DNA of 50,899 bases from Trichodelitschia bisporula (lineage: Eukaryota): assembly GCA_010356995.1 (NCBI GenBank), contig ML996706.1:625789-676687 (forward strand). Reading direction: 5' to 3'. Under the pieces are notes generated by a model. The model was not told where the DNA came from. It made no database searches and saw only the letters and a list, made by a program, of their open reading frames with translations. Shown piece after piece: positions 49,321 through 50,899 of this stretch. Every line of letters begins with the position of its first letter. Position 1 is the first letter of the stretch. The translations under genes and the position numbers were made by a program.

Positions 49321-50564
49321 TACTGGGTGGCTTCTGGAGTGCACTCTGTCCGCTTTAGGACTCTTGAACCAACTGTCCCTGCGACCACAGGTATATAAAT
49401 GCTACGCCCCAGTCAAAGTCTGCAGTCATTCATCATAATCCATCACAATCCATCAACCTCAACTACCTTTGGACGAGGGGATAGGTAGGATGAGAACCCA
49501 ATGTGCTTTAGAATCGCGACTAATTCATGGTAGACTGGCTGATGTAAAGACGGGACGTAAGGCACAAAGGCACCAAGCAAGTACTGTTCAGGCACTCATG
49601 AGTATGGAAGGCATCGTTTGTATTCTGGAAGGGACCCATATGTGAGTTTGGCAGGGAGTGACGGTCAACACTAGGCCTAGGGGCAGGTATTGACGAGGAC
49701 AGTGGAAGGCGATATGGGACTACTGTTTGCATACTGCTGAGGGCCCCGCGACGCTGCTGTCTTCTTTGTCCTTTTCCAACCTTTTGAAAAGCTTACTTCC
49801 GCTTTGCCTATGACTGAGCGTTGCCTACATCACCTACCCTCCATCAATGCTTTCGCCCACTCAAGCCGCCATCAACGGTTGCAGGTTCCAGCATTGGGTC
49901 CTAAACTCCAGCGGACCGCGAACCATCCTCCCAATGCCGAGGCATTCAAGCTATGCACAACTAGCCTTAAAGAAGGAAAGCACCGGACGGGTTCGTAGGT
50001 GCTTAGATCTACTCAGCGTCGTCTAACAATGCTGATCGCTGGTGGTGACCAGTCTGGAGTGGTGGGGCAGATGAAAGTGGGGCTCGCGCAAGCGCAGGCG
50101 CAGGCGCGACGCGTCAGACCCCTGCATACCGATCCCATCCTATTCAGTTTTGACATCAAGCTATCAACTGCTAACCTCAGTTTTCAGAGCGATATGATGC
50201 TCCACGTTTACACTCATTTTTGCTTGCCATGTTAGTATCCTCCCTCCGCTTCTCGCCCAGCGAGTTCCCACTGGTCCTCCTCCTGGGTTTGGGGGACAGC
50301 GTGTCCCTCGAGATAGGCTGCAGGTGGTCAGGCTGCGCCCCCCGGTGCTGGTACCAACTGCAGCTGTTACTGGACAGACCGAGAATATCTTGACGCTGTT
50401 GCCACAGCCCCTCCACGGGACGGGGAGCGCCGAGCCCCCCCGCACTGAGTAATCCCACAGCTGAGGGCGAGTCGCTCGCGGACCTGGTTCATTTTCCAAC
50501 AGCTTTTCGCCTCTCCAGCATCTCGAAACTGAGCAACGAAGCGTCTTGACAGCTCTGAACCATT

Positions 50565-50899
50565 ATGGTACGTATTCCCCTTCGCTACAACTGCCCTTGC
50601 TCCTTAAGGCCAATGTATGCCATTTTCCCTCCCATTTGTGGTGCAGTTGTACTCACTGCATCTGAGCTCTTTCCACCATTGCTTTTGGTCCTTACTAACT
50701 GTGTTCAAGAGAAAATTTCGGAACATACTAAGGCCTAAACCTGGCAAGAAACGCGATGAAGCCAGTGACGGGACCGAGTCTGGCGCAGCTGATAATCATG
50801 TTGCACTCCGTCCCTCCGTCGGCCAGCCCTCCACCGAACCCAGCGAGCAGCGCCTGCCACCGCCATCTTCGAGTCTCGGCACCGTAAGCCGTGAGGCCG
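50565..50899 (+). CDS. 5' end of an unidentified gene (ATG-only first coding exon), truncated by the window edge
   Basis: ATG 50565-50567, then GTACGT..TACTAAC..AAG intron 50568-50709, then open frame RKFRNILRPKPGKKRDEASDG... to the edge. Confidence 0.6.

Overview
Gene-dense, GC-rich eukaryotic DNA from a filamentous ascomycete (Pezizomycotina). The basis is short GT-AG introns (mostly 41-59 nt) with CTRAC branch points, a HET-domain gene, an intron-containing tRNA and a fungal-type U4 snRNA. Exon structures were reconstructed by hand for about 17 protein genes: SUN-domain protein, GAL10 epimerase, ARC1, an RBR E3 ligase, NOP53, YPT6, a Gpr1/Git3-type GPCR with an internal TGA, YUH1/UCH-L3, URB1, an Eap1/4E-T-like protein, an alpha/beta hydrolase, SCC2, RPA12, LIA1/DOHH, a HET protein, a DUF3112-like membrane protein, SUV3 and SEC1, plus a partial gene at the right edge. 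RNA genes are U4 snRNA and tRNA-Phe(GAA). There are two assembly gaps. The main unexplained signals are: (1) a ~400-nt intergenic Y-shaped RNA structure at 13.5-13.9 kb whose non-Watson-Crick pairs are almost all G-U on the + strand (candidate milRNA precursor or new ncRNA), lying directly upstream of (2) a tandem pair of orphan paralogs broken only by in-frame stops; (3) a 231-bp-arm inverted repeat behind SEC1 with an intron-like element in its loop; (4) a TGA exactly at a family-conserved Trp of the GPCR. Family assignments rest on recalled motifs, not database searches.
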